IMG/VR virus record: IMGVR_UViG_3300031998_000043
Reading direction: 5' to 3' (one strand)
DNA from: a virus
Lineage: Duplodnaviria > Heunggongvirae > Uroviricota > Caudoviricetes
Length of the DNA stretch: 64,000 nucleotides
Shown here: one piece after another, positions 17,643-25,817 of the stretch
Numbering within the stretch: the stretch's first letter is position 1
How the letters are laid out: every line of letters begins with the position of its first letter
Position numbers and translations under genes: made by a program
Notes under the pieces: model-generated
Databases searched by the model: none
What the model saw: the letters and a program-made list of their open reading frames with translations, nothing else
What the model was told of the DNA's origin: nothing

Positions 17643-17900
17643 ATGCCGAACAGATACAAAACAGTTAGATTTAGACTAGGAGCTGAAGTAGATCTTTCTG
17701 ATGAAGAAATAGAATCACTTATCAGTGGCAAGACTTATCCTCTTCAGCTTGCCTTGGAAGAGGGAAGAGTTAAGATCGGAAATGGCATTGATTCCTACAT
17801 TCCGCAAATCTGGTTAGACGACATTGGAATAAAAGTTAAAGATGATGTCTCGCTGGTCGTGCTTGACACATTTGTAACCAAAGAGAAGGAAGGACAATGA
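17643..17900 (+). CDS. hypothetical protein
   Basis: TAATATG junction with the previous gene; 85 aa. Confidence 0.5.
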   Translation: MPNRYKTVRFRLGAEVDLSDEEIESLISGKTYPLQLALEEGRVKIGNGIDSYIPQIWLDDIGIKVKDDVSLVVLDTFVTKEKEGQ

Positions 17901-18043
17901 CTCTGAAATGCTTGAACCCAAAGTGCAAGAATGAAGTAGGAAGCTATGATTCCACATGTAATAAGTGTGGAATGGATCTTTACTACAAATACCACTATGG
18001 CATAGACATGTTTAACAAGAAACCAGAGAAAAGAGATGAGTGA
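17897..18043 (+). CDS. 48-aa zinc-ribbon mini-protein
   Basis: ATGA overlap; CLNPKC...CNKCG. Confidence 0.4.
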   Translation: MTLKCLNPKCKNEVGSYDSTCNKCGMDLYYKYHYGIDMFNKKPEKRDE

Positions 18044-18263
18044 AAGAGTTAAATTCCGTGGAGAGACTCATAAATATTTGGTTTGTTTTGAGGCTACGTA
18101 TGGCTTTAGCACAACGAAATTTGATGAGGTAGTCGATTGGAATGGTAGAAGCGTAGATGGACTCAAGGAAGAATTGAGAGAAATTATTCGAGAAAAATAC
18201 TGCAATGGTAGGGACACATCCATTGGCATTACTTTAACAGGAATCTTCAAGCTGGAGACTTAA
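18036..18263 (+). CDS. hypothetical protein; paralog of 16584..16832
   Basis: ATGAGTGA overlap; YLVCFEATYGF...VDWNGRSVDGLKEEL. Confidence 0.5.
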   Translation: MSERVKFRGETHKYLVCFEATYGFSTTKFDEVVDWNGRSVDGLKEELREIIREKYCNGRDTSIGITLTGIFKLET

Positions 18264-18264
18264 C

Positions 18265-18765
18265 ATGACAGAAGAAGTATTACATGTTGGCGTGAATAAA
18301 GACTTATACATGTTCGGTGTGAATATGGCAAAGGCTGACAGTGGCTCTGAAGTTTATGCCGATATACAGAAGGCAATTCAATCCGGTATAATTCTCAAGA
18401 AAGAGAATATCCGAATTGTCTGTACTGCTATATCTGAACCAAGGATAGCTACTGGGCCTTGGTCTATCCATTCTGCCGAAGAAGTTGTTAGTGGAGACCA
18501 TTCAAATGATCAGATTACTGGAGTAGTCTTCAATACAGGCCATTACGATCTTTCTACCGTAAATACAGAAGAACGAATGTCCTTCATGAAGGGCGCAATG
18601 GAGAAATTCGGAAAGTTAGCTTTGTATGAACCTTATCACTTGGTTCCCGAAGTGATATGCAAGCCGAACTACTACTACATTGTCGCAGATCTGAACTACA
18701 AGTTCAGGTTAAAATTTGACTTTGAAAAGGAATCACCTAATGAAAATAAAGAAGATCATTCTTAA
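18265..18765 (+). CDS. hypothetical protein, the partner encoded upstream of the ABC ATPase
   Basis: 166 aa; overlaps the downstream ATPase start. Confidence 0.5.
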   Translation: MTEEVLHVGVNKDLYMFGVNMAKADSGSEVYADIQKAIQSGIILKKENIRIVCTAISEPRIATGPWSIHSAEEVVSGDHSNDQITGVVFNTGHYDLSTVNTEERMSFMKGAMEKFGKLALYEPYHLVPEVICKPNYYYIVADLNYKFRLKFDFEKESPNENKEDHS

Positions 18766-19585
18766 GAATGGTTTTATGGACTGGTACTATAACATAGATG
18801 TTTATTACAACCTATGTCTGACTGGCCCTAACGGATCCGGAAAGTCCATAATCATGTTTATGGCTAATGCCCTTATGGAATTGATCGTGACTAAATCTCC
18901 AGATGCTATTGTAAATCTTCTCTGGGATGGCGATGAGCAGAAATGGAGGAATATTGTAGACGAATTTAGAATCGAAACTGATGATGGACAGTACGCCTAT
19001 ATTAGATCTGCTGTAGTCAAGTTTGAACCTACATTCTTCTATAACATCAACGATGCTGGAGAACAAGAGCTTCCTAAGAAGACTTTTGAAAATTTCTCTG
19101 GCATTGTACCATTTCTTCCAGAAGATCGTGACTCATATTCGGGGGAATTGTTTGCGGAACTGCTAGGATACAATGACAATAGAATTCCAAAGGATATAGT
19201 TGAACGACTCTGTAAAAGCATTCTGGATAAAGAAGCCTATCCAAAGTATTTTACTCCAATGCCTATGGAGCTTTCTTTCGAGAATAGAGAGCCATGGTTG
19301 AAAGCCTTGAATAAATGGCTTAATGATGAATTCTCTCATGGCGAAAGAGAGATCGTTAGATTTGCTATGGCTATGAGCATGGCTAAAGAGACATGTGGAA
19401 TTCTGTTTATTGATAGTATTGAATGCGGATTGCACTTATTATCACAAAGACAGATCATTAATGTCTTCTTGCCATGGCTTAATGAGAATGGCATTCAACT
19501 TATCTATACCACACATTCTCCAGAATGTCTGATAAGCCAAGAAGAATGCTATAATTTGGATGAACATAGAAATACAGGAGTCTAA
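18740..19585 (+). CDS. small ABC-type (AAA_15/21-like) ATPase
   Basis: MKIKKIILKNGF N-terminus; Walker A GPNGSGKS; signature-like FSHGER; Walker B ILFIDSIECGLH; H-loop IYTTHSPE; RBS AAGGAA. Confidence 0.65.
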   Translation: MKIKKIILKNGFMDWYYNIDVYYNLCLTGPNGSGKSIIMFMANALMELIVTKSPDAIVNLLWDGDEQKWRNIVDEFRIETDDGQYAYIRSAVVKFEPTFFYNINDAGEQELPKKTFENFSGIVPFLPEDRDSYSGELFAELLGYNDNRIPKDIVERLCKSILDKEAYPKYFTPMPMELSFENREPWLKALNKWLNDEFSHGEREIVRFAMAMSMAKETCGILFIDSIECGLHLLSQRQIINVFLPWLNENGIQLIYTTHSPECLISQEECYNLDEHRNTGV

Positions 19586-19586
19586 T

Positions 19587-19787
19587 GTGAAAGATACGAT
19601 TATTCTTGTCATACAGATAATTTTTGCTCTCTCTAGCCCGTATGTTATCTATTGTGCTTTTAAGGTTGCCCAAGAAGAATCTGCAAAAGCAAACTTCGAT
19701 GAGGATACAGGAGCAGGATGCATGTTTGTACTTATATGTATGTTATGCCTTGTTAACCTTGTAAGCCTATCTAATAAATTTTTATAG
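19587..19787 (+). CDS. small membrane protein
   Basis: GTG start with RBS AGGAG 6 nt upstream; hydrophobic. Confidence 0.4.
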   Translation: MKDTIILVIQIIFALSSPYVIYCAFKVAQEESAKANFDEDTGAGCMFVLICMLCLVNLVSLSNKFL

Positions 19788-19795
19788 GAGGTACT

Positions 19796-20026
19796 ATGCC
19801 AAATACCAAATTAAAAGCTTATACACAGGATGAAATACTCGATTCTTCAATAGGAGATGACGTTTATCTTCAGCCAGATGCCGATAAGGTTATTAATGAG
19901 CTTGAACGCAAGGACGGTATTCTTTGCTCAATCATAAAGTGTATTCTGTACAGAGATCTTATGAAGGATTGTCCTGAAAAGGAATCTTTGAAGAAACTCG
20001 CAGCAGAAACAGGATGGTTCAATTAA
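19796..20026 (+). CDS. hypothetical protein
   Basis: RBS TAGGAGGTACT-ATG. Confidence 0.5.
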   Translation: MPNTKLKAYTQDEILDSSIGDDVYLQPDADKVINELERKDGILCSIIKCILYRDLMKDCPEKESLKKLAAETGWFN

Positions 20027-20027
20027 T

Positions 20028-20516
20028 ATGCTCATAAAAGACAAACTCAAATTCATTGCCGGATGGCTTGAAAATACGACTAATTCTGAAGAAGGCAAAA
20101 AGGTTCTCTCTAAAAAGAAGACTCCGTATGGAGAGGATCTCTATGACTTTTATGAAGACAAGGATGATTTTCTGTACGAAGCCGGGGCTGGAGACAATAG
20201 CCCTTTCAAGGAAATCCTCGAATCTATCTGTGGAAAAGACTACCTGAAAAAGAGTCCACTTAGGTTCAATAGTGATGATGAACTGATTACTGAAAGCTTA
20301 GACGATTATCATATAGCTCATGGAAAGCAGTATCTGAATCAGTTTGATATCCTTGCCTTCTCCGAATGTACTACTGATACTGGCACTTGTTCCACCAATG
20401 AAATCTTTGTTGTAGACTATACTCATCGGAAGATCTATCCTTTTGTCTATGAACAGGAAGACGAAGGTGACGAACAATGGCTAGAATATGACAGTGACGA
20501 AGTAGTGGAATTCTAA
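20028..20516 (+). CDS. hypothetical acidic protein
   Basis: 162 aa; TAATATG junction. Confidence 0.5.
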   Translation: MLIKDKLKFIAGWLENTTNSEEGKKVLSKKKTPYGEDLYDFYEDKDDFLYEAGAGDNSPFKEILESICGKDYLKKSPLRFNSDDELITESLDDYHIAHGKQYLNQFDILAFSECTTDTGTCSTNEIFVVDYTHRKIYPFVYEQEDEGDEQWLEYDSDEVVEF

Positions 20517-20539
20517 CTGTCAGTAAGCGTTAAAATTAT

Positions 20540-20570
20540 AAGGTCTACCTTCAGGTAGGCCTTTCTTTTT
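20540..20570 (+). terminator. rho-independent terminator (copy 1 of the repeated hairpin family)
   Basis: AGGTCTACC-TTCA-GGTAGGCCT followed by TTCTTTTTTG. Confidence 0.7.
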
Positions 20571-20579
20571 TGTATATTA
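20571..20579 (+). promoter_or_regulatory. GTATATTAT promoter-like motif
   Basis: follows immediately after the terminator T-run; 37 nt upstream of the ATG. Confidence 0.55.
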
Positions 20580-20607
20580 TAAGAGGTACTGTTTAACTAG
20601 GAGACCT

Positions 20608-21405
20608 ATGCCTAAACCAATCTATTCGATGGCACATGCCGACATAATCGTTACTCATAAGTGCAATATGAAAGGAAATTGTCTGCCAACTTGTGCAGAC
20701 AAATTTGTGAATACCTCCGATAAAGAGATAGAGGTATCCACTGTAGAAAAATTTTTAGATTTATTTAGTAAGCATATTGCTAAACGGAAGACTGAGAATG
20801 TGATATTTTATGAACAGCCGCAGATTCTAGTTCTAGGCGGTGAGCCTACTTTGGTCGGATCTGAAAAGCTTATAGCCATAGCCGAAATAGCCAAGAAATA
20901 TGGCTTTGAGAGGATAATCTCATCTAATGGTTTAAACTTCAGGGTTCTTAAAGAGATTCTTCCATATTATGATTCTTTACAAATTACTCTGCAAACTTAT
21001 GGATCTAAAGCGGAGCTTCGCAGACTGCTGGATCTTGGATCAAAAAAGATTAATGTAAAGCTACGTTGCGATGTCAACCTTACTTTTGACGATCTAGTTA
21101 ATTTTATTGCAAGTACTAAAAGTTTTAAGCGCAGAAGTGTAGTTAGATATTGGGATTATAAGAATCATTGTTTTACAAATAAGGATCCGGCTATAGAAGA
21201 ATTTATGAATGCATTAGAATGGAAGCCATTTACAGACAGCATCAGTACTAGTATGTATGCAATGTTTGATGGAGTAAGATTCAAAAAAGAAACGGAAGAA
21301 ATCTTATCTGCCGAAATGCCAGACATTCCTAAACTGTATCCGAGTGGTGTGTACAACTGTACATGGAAAAATGAAGATTCTAATCCTTACTTTGGAGAAT
21401 TGTAA
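20608..21405 (+). CDS. putative radical-SAM-like protein with a non-canonical Cys cluster
   Basis: HKCNMKGNCLPTC (Cx5Cx3C) and a GGEPTL motif; RBS CTAGGAGACCT-ATG. Confidence 0.45.
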   Translation: MPKPIYSMAHADIIVTHKCNMKGNCLPTCADKFVNTSDKEIEVSTVEKFLDLFSKHIAKRKTENVIFYEQPQILVLGGEPTLVGSEKLIAIAEIAKKYGFERIISSNGLNFRVLKEILPYYDSLQITLQTYGSKAELRRLLDLGSKKINVKLRCDVNLTFDDLVNFIASTKSFKRRSVVRYWDYKNHCFTNKDPAIEEFMNALEWKPFTDSISTSMYAMFDGVRFKKETEEILSAEMPDIPKLYPSGVYNCTWKNEDSNPYFGEL

Positions 21406-21411
21406 ACTCTT

Positions 21412-21444
21412 AGGTCTACCTGAAGGTAGGCCTTTTATTTTTCG
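21412..21444 (+). terminator. rho-independent terminator (copy 2 of the repeated hairpin)
   Basis: AGGTCTACC-TGAA-GGTAGGCCT followed by TTTATTTTT. Confidence 0.7.
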
Positions 21445-21464
21445 TACTATGGGATAGCTTGGTT

Positions 21465-21473
21465 GTATATTAA
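21465..21473 (+). promoter_or_regulatory. GTATATTAA promoter-like motif
   Basis: 38 nt upstream of the ATG. Confidence 0.55.
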
Positions 21474-21502
21474 TTTATGCTTAACTAAATCAAGGAGGTA
21501 TC

Positions 21503-22207
21503 ATGGCAAGGCCATTTAAACCACTACCAAATTGGTATCGCGCTGATCTGACAATCGCGGAAATGTCAGAGATAAGCGGACACCAAAAAGGTGGTATTAG
21601 AAAATTTCTACAAAGAAGAAACCTTCCGTATATTAAAAAGAGAATTGATACGGAAGGAGAATTAGAGTGGTATGATCCTTCGTTGACTGTTGATGAAATG
21701 GCAGCGAAGTCGAAATATACTACTACACGCATTTCTTGGATTCTAAATAAAAGGAATCTTCCCTTCAAAGAAAAACCAAAGGAAATTCCAGAATGGTATA
21801 ACCCTAACTCTACTGCTAAAGAAATGGCTATCAGAGCTGGTATTGGGTTAAAGGCGGTATATATCATTCTCAATGCAAAAGGATTGGAATACAAAAAGAT
21901 TACCAAGAAACCCGGAGGCCCAAGACCACGCAAATTTACTATAGATGACTTCATGAAGTTTTATAATAAAAACCTGACTGTACAGGAAATGCATAAGATT
22001 TCTAAAATCCCTACTAGCAATATACGTGGATTTATATCAGTATACAAGCTTCCTTTTAAAAGGCTAGCAAGGAAGCTAATAATCGGAGATTGGTATAGGG
22101 AAGATCGAACAATCTCTGAAATGGCCTATTTAAGTGGGCTTGAACCCGGAACGGTCTCGACTCTACTATATCGGCGGAATTTGCCGCATAGCAGAAAGAA
22201 ATATTAG
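21503..22207 (+). CDS. protein built of five tandem HTH-like repeats of about 40 aa; putative DNA-binding protein
   Basis: five repeats of [ED]WYxxxLTxxEMAxxSG...RRNLP...KK; RBS AAGGAGGTATC-ATG. Confidence 0.55.
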   Translation: MARPFKPLPNWYRADLTIAEMSEISGHQKGGIRKFLQRRNLPYIKKRIDTEGELEWYDPSLTVDEMAAKSKYTTTRISWILNKRNLPFKEKPKEIPEWYNPNSTAKEMAIRAGIGLKAVYIILNAKGLEYKKITKKPGGPRPRKFTIDDFMKFYNKNLTVQEMHKISKIPTSNIRGFISVYKLPFKRLARKLIIGDWYREDRTISEMAYLSGLEPGTVSTLLYRRNLPHSRKKY

Positions 22208-22209
22208 AA

Positions 22210-22241
22210 AGGTCTACCTTCGGGTAGGCCTTTCTTTTTTT
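22210..22241 (+). terminator. rho-independent terminator (copy 3 of the repeated hairpin)
   Basis: AGGTCTACC-TTCG-GGTAGGCCT followed by TTCTTTTTTT. Confidence 0.7.
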
Positions 22242-22264
22242 CGTAAATTTTCTATGATCGCTGA

Positions 22265-22272
22265 TATATTAA
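22265..22272 (+). promoter_or_regulatory. TATATTAA promoter-like motif
   Basis: GATATATTAAAT; 56 nt upstream of the ATG. Confidence 0.45.
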
Positions 22273-22320
22273 ATACTGCGTAGTCTCATAATAACATTAA
22301 CATTCTCAAGGAGGTTCATT

Positions 22321-22599
22321 ATGAAACTTAAGAAAGCAATAGAATTTGGAAAACACTTTGATCAGATTCGTTCTTTCCTCTTTGAACACCATTTCTGGGA
22401 AATTACTGAACTGATTGCGATTGAAGGAGAATTTGACAAGAAAATCTCATTTAGAAGTAATAATGGCTGGTTTGTGCTAAATTGTAAATTAGACGGTAAT
22501 ACTGAAATTTACAAAATAGGGAGAATTTGCGAAACTGGCTATTTCGTAAAGTGTGGACTTGATACGATTTTCAGTGAACTAGGAAAATTGGAGAAATAA
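22321..22599 (+). CDS. hypothetical protein
   Basis: RBS AAGGAGG. Confidence 0.5.
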   Translation: MKLKKAIEFGKHFDQIRSFLFEHHFWEITELIAIEGEFDKKISFRSNNGWFVLNCKLDGNTEIYKIGRICETGYFVKCGLDTIFSELGKLEK

Positions 22600-22659
22600 A
22601 CCATGCATATTGATGACATTAAATGTGGAAAGGTAAAAGTGATCAAGCACTAAGTAATT

Positions 22660-22690
22660 GGCTCACCTTCGAGTGGGCCTTTCTTTTTTG
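22660..22690 (+). terminator. rho-independent terminator (divergent copy of the repeated hairpin)
   Basis: GGCTCAC-cttcga-GTGGGCC followed by TTTCTTTTTTG. Confidence 0.55.
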
Positions 22691-22696
22691 TTTTAT

Positions 22697-22703
22697 ATAT
22701 TAT
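22697..22703 (+). promoter_or_regulatory. TATATTA promoter-like motif
   Basis: TTTTATATATTATAG; 38 nt upstream of the ATG. Confidence 0.5.
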
Positions 22704-22734
22704 AGTAAGTACAATTTAATTCAAAGGAGTAATT

Positions 22735-23604
22735 ATGTCTCTTAAGGACACAGTAAAGTACAAGAAAGTTATCAAGGAGCTTAGAAGCCGTCATGATGCA
22801 AGTCATCCGATTATGTTCATGTGCGTCTGTGGATTTGGCGATGGCTGGCACTACGATCACATGACTGCCAAGGAGCGTCAGGAAGGAATCTCTAAAGAAA
22901 TGAAAGAGAATTTTTCCATTCCTGAAATCAAAGAATTTCTTGAAGATGAAGAAGATGCAAGACTGTTCTTCGGTTTAAATTGCAGTGCCAGCTATGAGCT
23001 TGATGGTATTAACCATTATCGTCATTGGTTTGGACAAAGTAACGAGCGTTGGAAGAGGTGGCTCGAAGTAGAAAAAATTATCGATGATGCTTGCCAGAAA
23101 ATCTATGGAGTACCGTGGGGAAAGCAAGAACAGAAAGTTCCTAATCTCATGGCTCCTATCGGAAAGTACAAGAAGATTCCTTCTACATTGCTTAACAAGA
23201 GGGAACATCTCGACATCCAAGAGCTGAAGACTGAGGAGATCATTCCGTATCTGATAAACCGTCCAGTCTACTGGGAAGATGAATTTGTCGGAACTGTGAT
23301 GAAAGTCGAAAACTTCTCTAAGTATCTATTTACTAGGAGAGTCAAAGATCCGACAGCAGAATGGGACGAGCCTGATGAATACGACAAGGACTTTTACGCA
23401 GACTGTATCACTAGCTTGTATCTTCATGAATATTATTCTGACGTAACAGACAAAAGTATTCTTGAATTCAAAGATTGGATCGGTCTGGTTATTCCTATGA
23501 TGAATTTCTCTGACATCATCGTTACAGATGATCGAATCATTCTGAAAGAAAATACAAGTATTAAGGTCAAGCAAATTGGTGCTGGATCCAACTGGATGTT
23601 CTAA
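22735..23604 (+). CDS. hypothetical protein
   Basis: 289 aa; RBS AAAGGAGTAATT-ATG. Confidence 0.55.
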   Translation: MSLKDTVKYKKVIKELRSRHDASHPIMFMCVCGFGDGWHYDHMTAKERQEGISKEMKENFSIPEIKEFLEDEEDARLFFGLNCSASYELDGINHYRHWFGQSNERWKRWLEVEKIIDDACQKIYGVPWGKQEQKVPNLMAPIGKYKKIPSTLLNKREHLDIQELKTEEIIPYLINRPVYWEDEFVGTVMKVENFSKYLFTRRVKDPTAEWDEPDEYDKDFYADCITSLYLHEYYSDVTDKSILEFKDWIGLVIPMMNFSDIIVTDDRIILKENTSIKVKQIGAGSNWMF

Positions 23605-23680
23605 GGAGCCATAATGAAACAGAAAACACACTCAGAATATATTGCAGAACTGAAAGAAGAACTCCGGAAGAGGAGAAATA

Positions 23681-23905
23681 ATGCGAGAATTGAAAAATGA
23701 AATTGGTGAAGAAATAAAGGAACTCTGTATATTTAATCCTCCTAGACTAATGTATTGCTGGAATGGACTAGAGACACCAGTAGAAAGAGATGTCACTGCG
23801 GTAGCTCTCTGTTATACTGGACTTGTGGCTATCACCTTTGAAAGAGAAATGTTTAATCATTGTGCCGCAATAGGAGAACCCATACAATTAAAGCAGGTAG
23901 AGTGA
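23681..23905 (+). CDS. hypothetical small protein
   Basis: 74 aa; a possible 28-aa upstream ORF at 23613..23699 overlaps its start. Confidence 0.45.
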   Translation: MRELKNEIGEEIKELCIFNPPRLMYCWNGLETPVERDVTAVALCYTGLVAITFEREMFNHCAAIGEPIQLKQVE

Positions 23906-23930
23906 CGGAATGTGCAAATATTACAAGATA

Positions 23931-23961
23931 AGGATTATGCATCCTTATCTTTTTTGTAAAA
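23931..23961 (+). terminator. rho-independent terminator
   Basis: AGATAAGGAT-tatgc-ATCCTTATCT followed by TTTTTTG. Confidence 0.6.
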
Positions 23962-23988
23962 CTGCTCATTGAATAACTGAGAGGATTT

Positions 23989-24753
23989 ATGAGAACATTG
24001 TATGTGGGCGACGTTCATGGCTGTAGTGTTGAGCTATTGATGTTGCTAAAGAAATTCAAGTTTAAGAAGGGCGAAGACAAGCTATACTTTACAGGTGATC
24101 TTATTGACAAGGGTTACAACAATATCCGTGTAATGGAGCTATTTAAGGAGTACGATGGTAAGTCTGTAATGGGCAACCATGAGCAGTACTTTATGGAAAT
24201 GTACGAAAAGCACAATACTAAGAAGTTTGCCGGATCTGTAGCCTCTAACGCTAGAAGAATGGACGGATCTCCTTCTGATGTGTTCCTGAATAAATTTCAT
24301 CTGAATGACTTTAATCAAGCTAGATCTATCTACGATGTTGTAAAGAAGTTTCCATTATACATGAAGACTCCTGATGGAATTCTTGTTCATGCTGGTATCG
24401 ATCCTAGAGAAAAGGACTACAAAAATACTGATAAGAGATTCTTTACAAAGATCAAGAGAATGCTTGACGGCAAGCCTTGGTTTGAAAACTATGAAGGTAA
24501 AACCAGAATCATCTTTGGACACTGGTCTGCCCAAAATTACATTCATAAGGATAATCTCATTTGCCTTGATACTGCTTGTGTGTATGGTTATCATCTGACT
24601 GGATGGTGTCCTGAAGAAGACAAGTTTTATCAAGTCAAGTCTACCATTAAGGAGAAATGGCATAGAAGCGAAGATAGACATGCCAAGAAGGTAGATAAAG
24701 ATGAGTATGACGCAAAGAATATCAAAGAAGATTTGATTGCATCGATGCTTTAA
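23989..24753 (+). CDS. PPP-family metallophosphoesterase (lambda-phosphatase / ApaH-like Ser/Thr phosphatase)
   Basis: GDVHG, GDLIDKG, GNHE and a later HAG/GHW motif, all in the canonical order. Confidence 0.8.
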   Translation: MRTLYVGDVHGCSVELLMLLKKFKFKKGEDKLYFTGDLIDKGYNNIRVMELFKEYDGKSVMGNHEQYFMEMYEKHNTKKFAGSVASNARRMDGSPSDVFLNKFHLNDFNQARSIYDVVKKFPLYMKTPDGILVHAGIDPREKDYKNTDKRFFTKIKRMLDGKPWFENYEGKTRIIFGHWSAQNYIHKDNLICLDTACVYGYHLTGWCPEEDKFYQVKSTIKEKWHRSEDRHAKKVDKDEYDAKNIKEDLIASML

Positions 24754-24761
24754 TCTAATAA

Positions 24762-24796
24762 AAGATAAGGACTTAGTTCTTATCTTTTATTTTTGT
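24762..24796 (+). terminator. rho-independent terminator
   Basis: AAGATAAGGAC-tta-GTTCTTATCTT followed by TTATTTTTG. Confidence 0.55.
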
Positions 24797-24803
24797 ATAT
24801 TAA
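24795..24803 (+). promoter_or_regulatory. GTATATTAA promoter-like motif
   Basis: 46 nt upstream of the ATG at 24841. Confidence 0.55.
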
Positions 24804-24840
24804 ACCATGTCTAACATTACAAATTGTAAAGGTGACTAAA

Positions 24841-25713
24841 ATGAAACCAGCAGAAAACCATTTAATAAATTTAATGGAGAAAGTTAATTATAAGAGCTTT
24901 AAGCTCATCAATGATTTGAAACGCATAGTTAGATTTAACAAAAAATTCAAGATTCCAGAAATAGAAACATTCCTGTCCGATCTTAATACGGCAATGTTTG
25001 ATTATATGTATCCGAATTATCTCAATCCACTATTTACGGCATTTCCGAAATTCTCCAGATACTGCATGGCTATTTACGTCATGTACCTTAAGGAGAGATA
25101 TTTTGAGAATTCCCTAGAAATATGTAGCGAAGTTATAGAATACAATTACAAGTATAACTCAATCCTTGTTGGTGGAGCTTGTACAGTTGAACAAATAAAA
25201 TCAAGTATGCAATTATTTGATGAAGGAAAATTAATTTTAGGAAGGCTTAGGAACTCCATTGATGACCTGTGTAGATTCTTGAGAGAGACTAAAAATGGAC
25301 GTTTTGATCATTTTGACTTGTTCAACCAAAAGGTCATAGACAGTTTTACTGAAGCTAGGCGAGATAAACTGGGAAATCCTAGAGAGGGATCATCTTGGAA
25401 TCAGCTGGTATTGTTCCTGTTTAAAGCCAAGACTGTACAAAATGCGAATCTGATTAATTCAATAAGGATGGCTTTTCAGGCTGGCAACCTATCCTTTTTA
25501 GAAGATCTTACTGTCTCAAAAATGGTGGACGTAGCTGTAGCAGAGATTCAGCGCAATCCTATGTTTTATCTCAATTATTATAAGAAGCAAGCTGCGGAAG
25601 ATGAAAGCCACATGGGTGAACCGGGTGACTGGTATCTTTGGCCTCATCCAACGATCTGGATTAGAGATAAGATTCTATCCGAGTTTGCTGACCTTGAAGA
25701 TGAAAATTATTAA
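24841..25713 (+). CDS. hypothetical protein
   Basis: RBS AAGGTGACTAAA-ATG; the TTG at 24793 in the ORF track lies within the promoter. Confidence 0.55.
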   Translation: MKPAENHLINLMEKVNYKSFKLINDLKRIVRFNKKFKIPEIETFLSDLNTAMFDYMYPNYLNPLFTAFPKFSRYCMAIYVMYLKERYFENSLEICSEVIEYNYKYNSILVGGACTVEQIKSSMQLFDEGKLILGRLRNSIDDLCRFLRETKNGRFDHFDLFNQKVIDSFTEARRDKLGNPREGSSWNQLVLFLFKAKTVQNANLINSIRMAFQAGNLSFLEDLTVSKMVDVAVAEIQRNPMFYLNYYKKQAAEDESHMGEPGDWYLWPHPTIWIRDKILSEFADLEDENY

Positions 25714-25721
25714 TTGTAGAT

Positions 25722-25755
25722 AAAGGAAAGAGTAATCTTTCCTTTTATTTTTTGT
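25722..25755 (+). terminator. rho-independent terminator
   Basis: AAAGGAAAGA-gtaa-TCTTTCCTTT followed by TATTTTTTG. Confidence 0.6.
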
Positions 25756-25774
25756 AGATTTCTGTATTCAAGAA

Positions 25775-25783
25775 GTATATTAA
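25775..25783 (+). promoter_or_regulatory. GTATATTAA promoter-like motif
   Basis: 43 nt upstream of the ATG. Confidence 0.55.
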
Positions 25784-25817
25784 TAGATAGTCATAAACAC
25801 AACAACAGGAGGTTAAT

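Noticed and set aside
24793-24840. ORF-track start (TTG at 24793) for the 306-aa protein
   Set aside because: That start lies inside the promoter motif and terminator tail. The ATG at 24841 has a proper AAGGTGA RBS.
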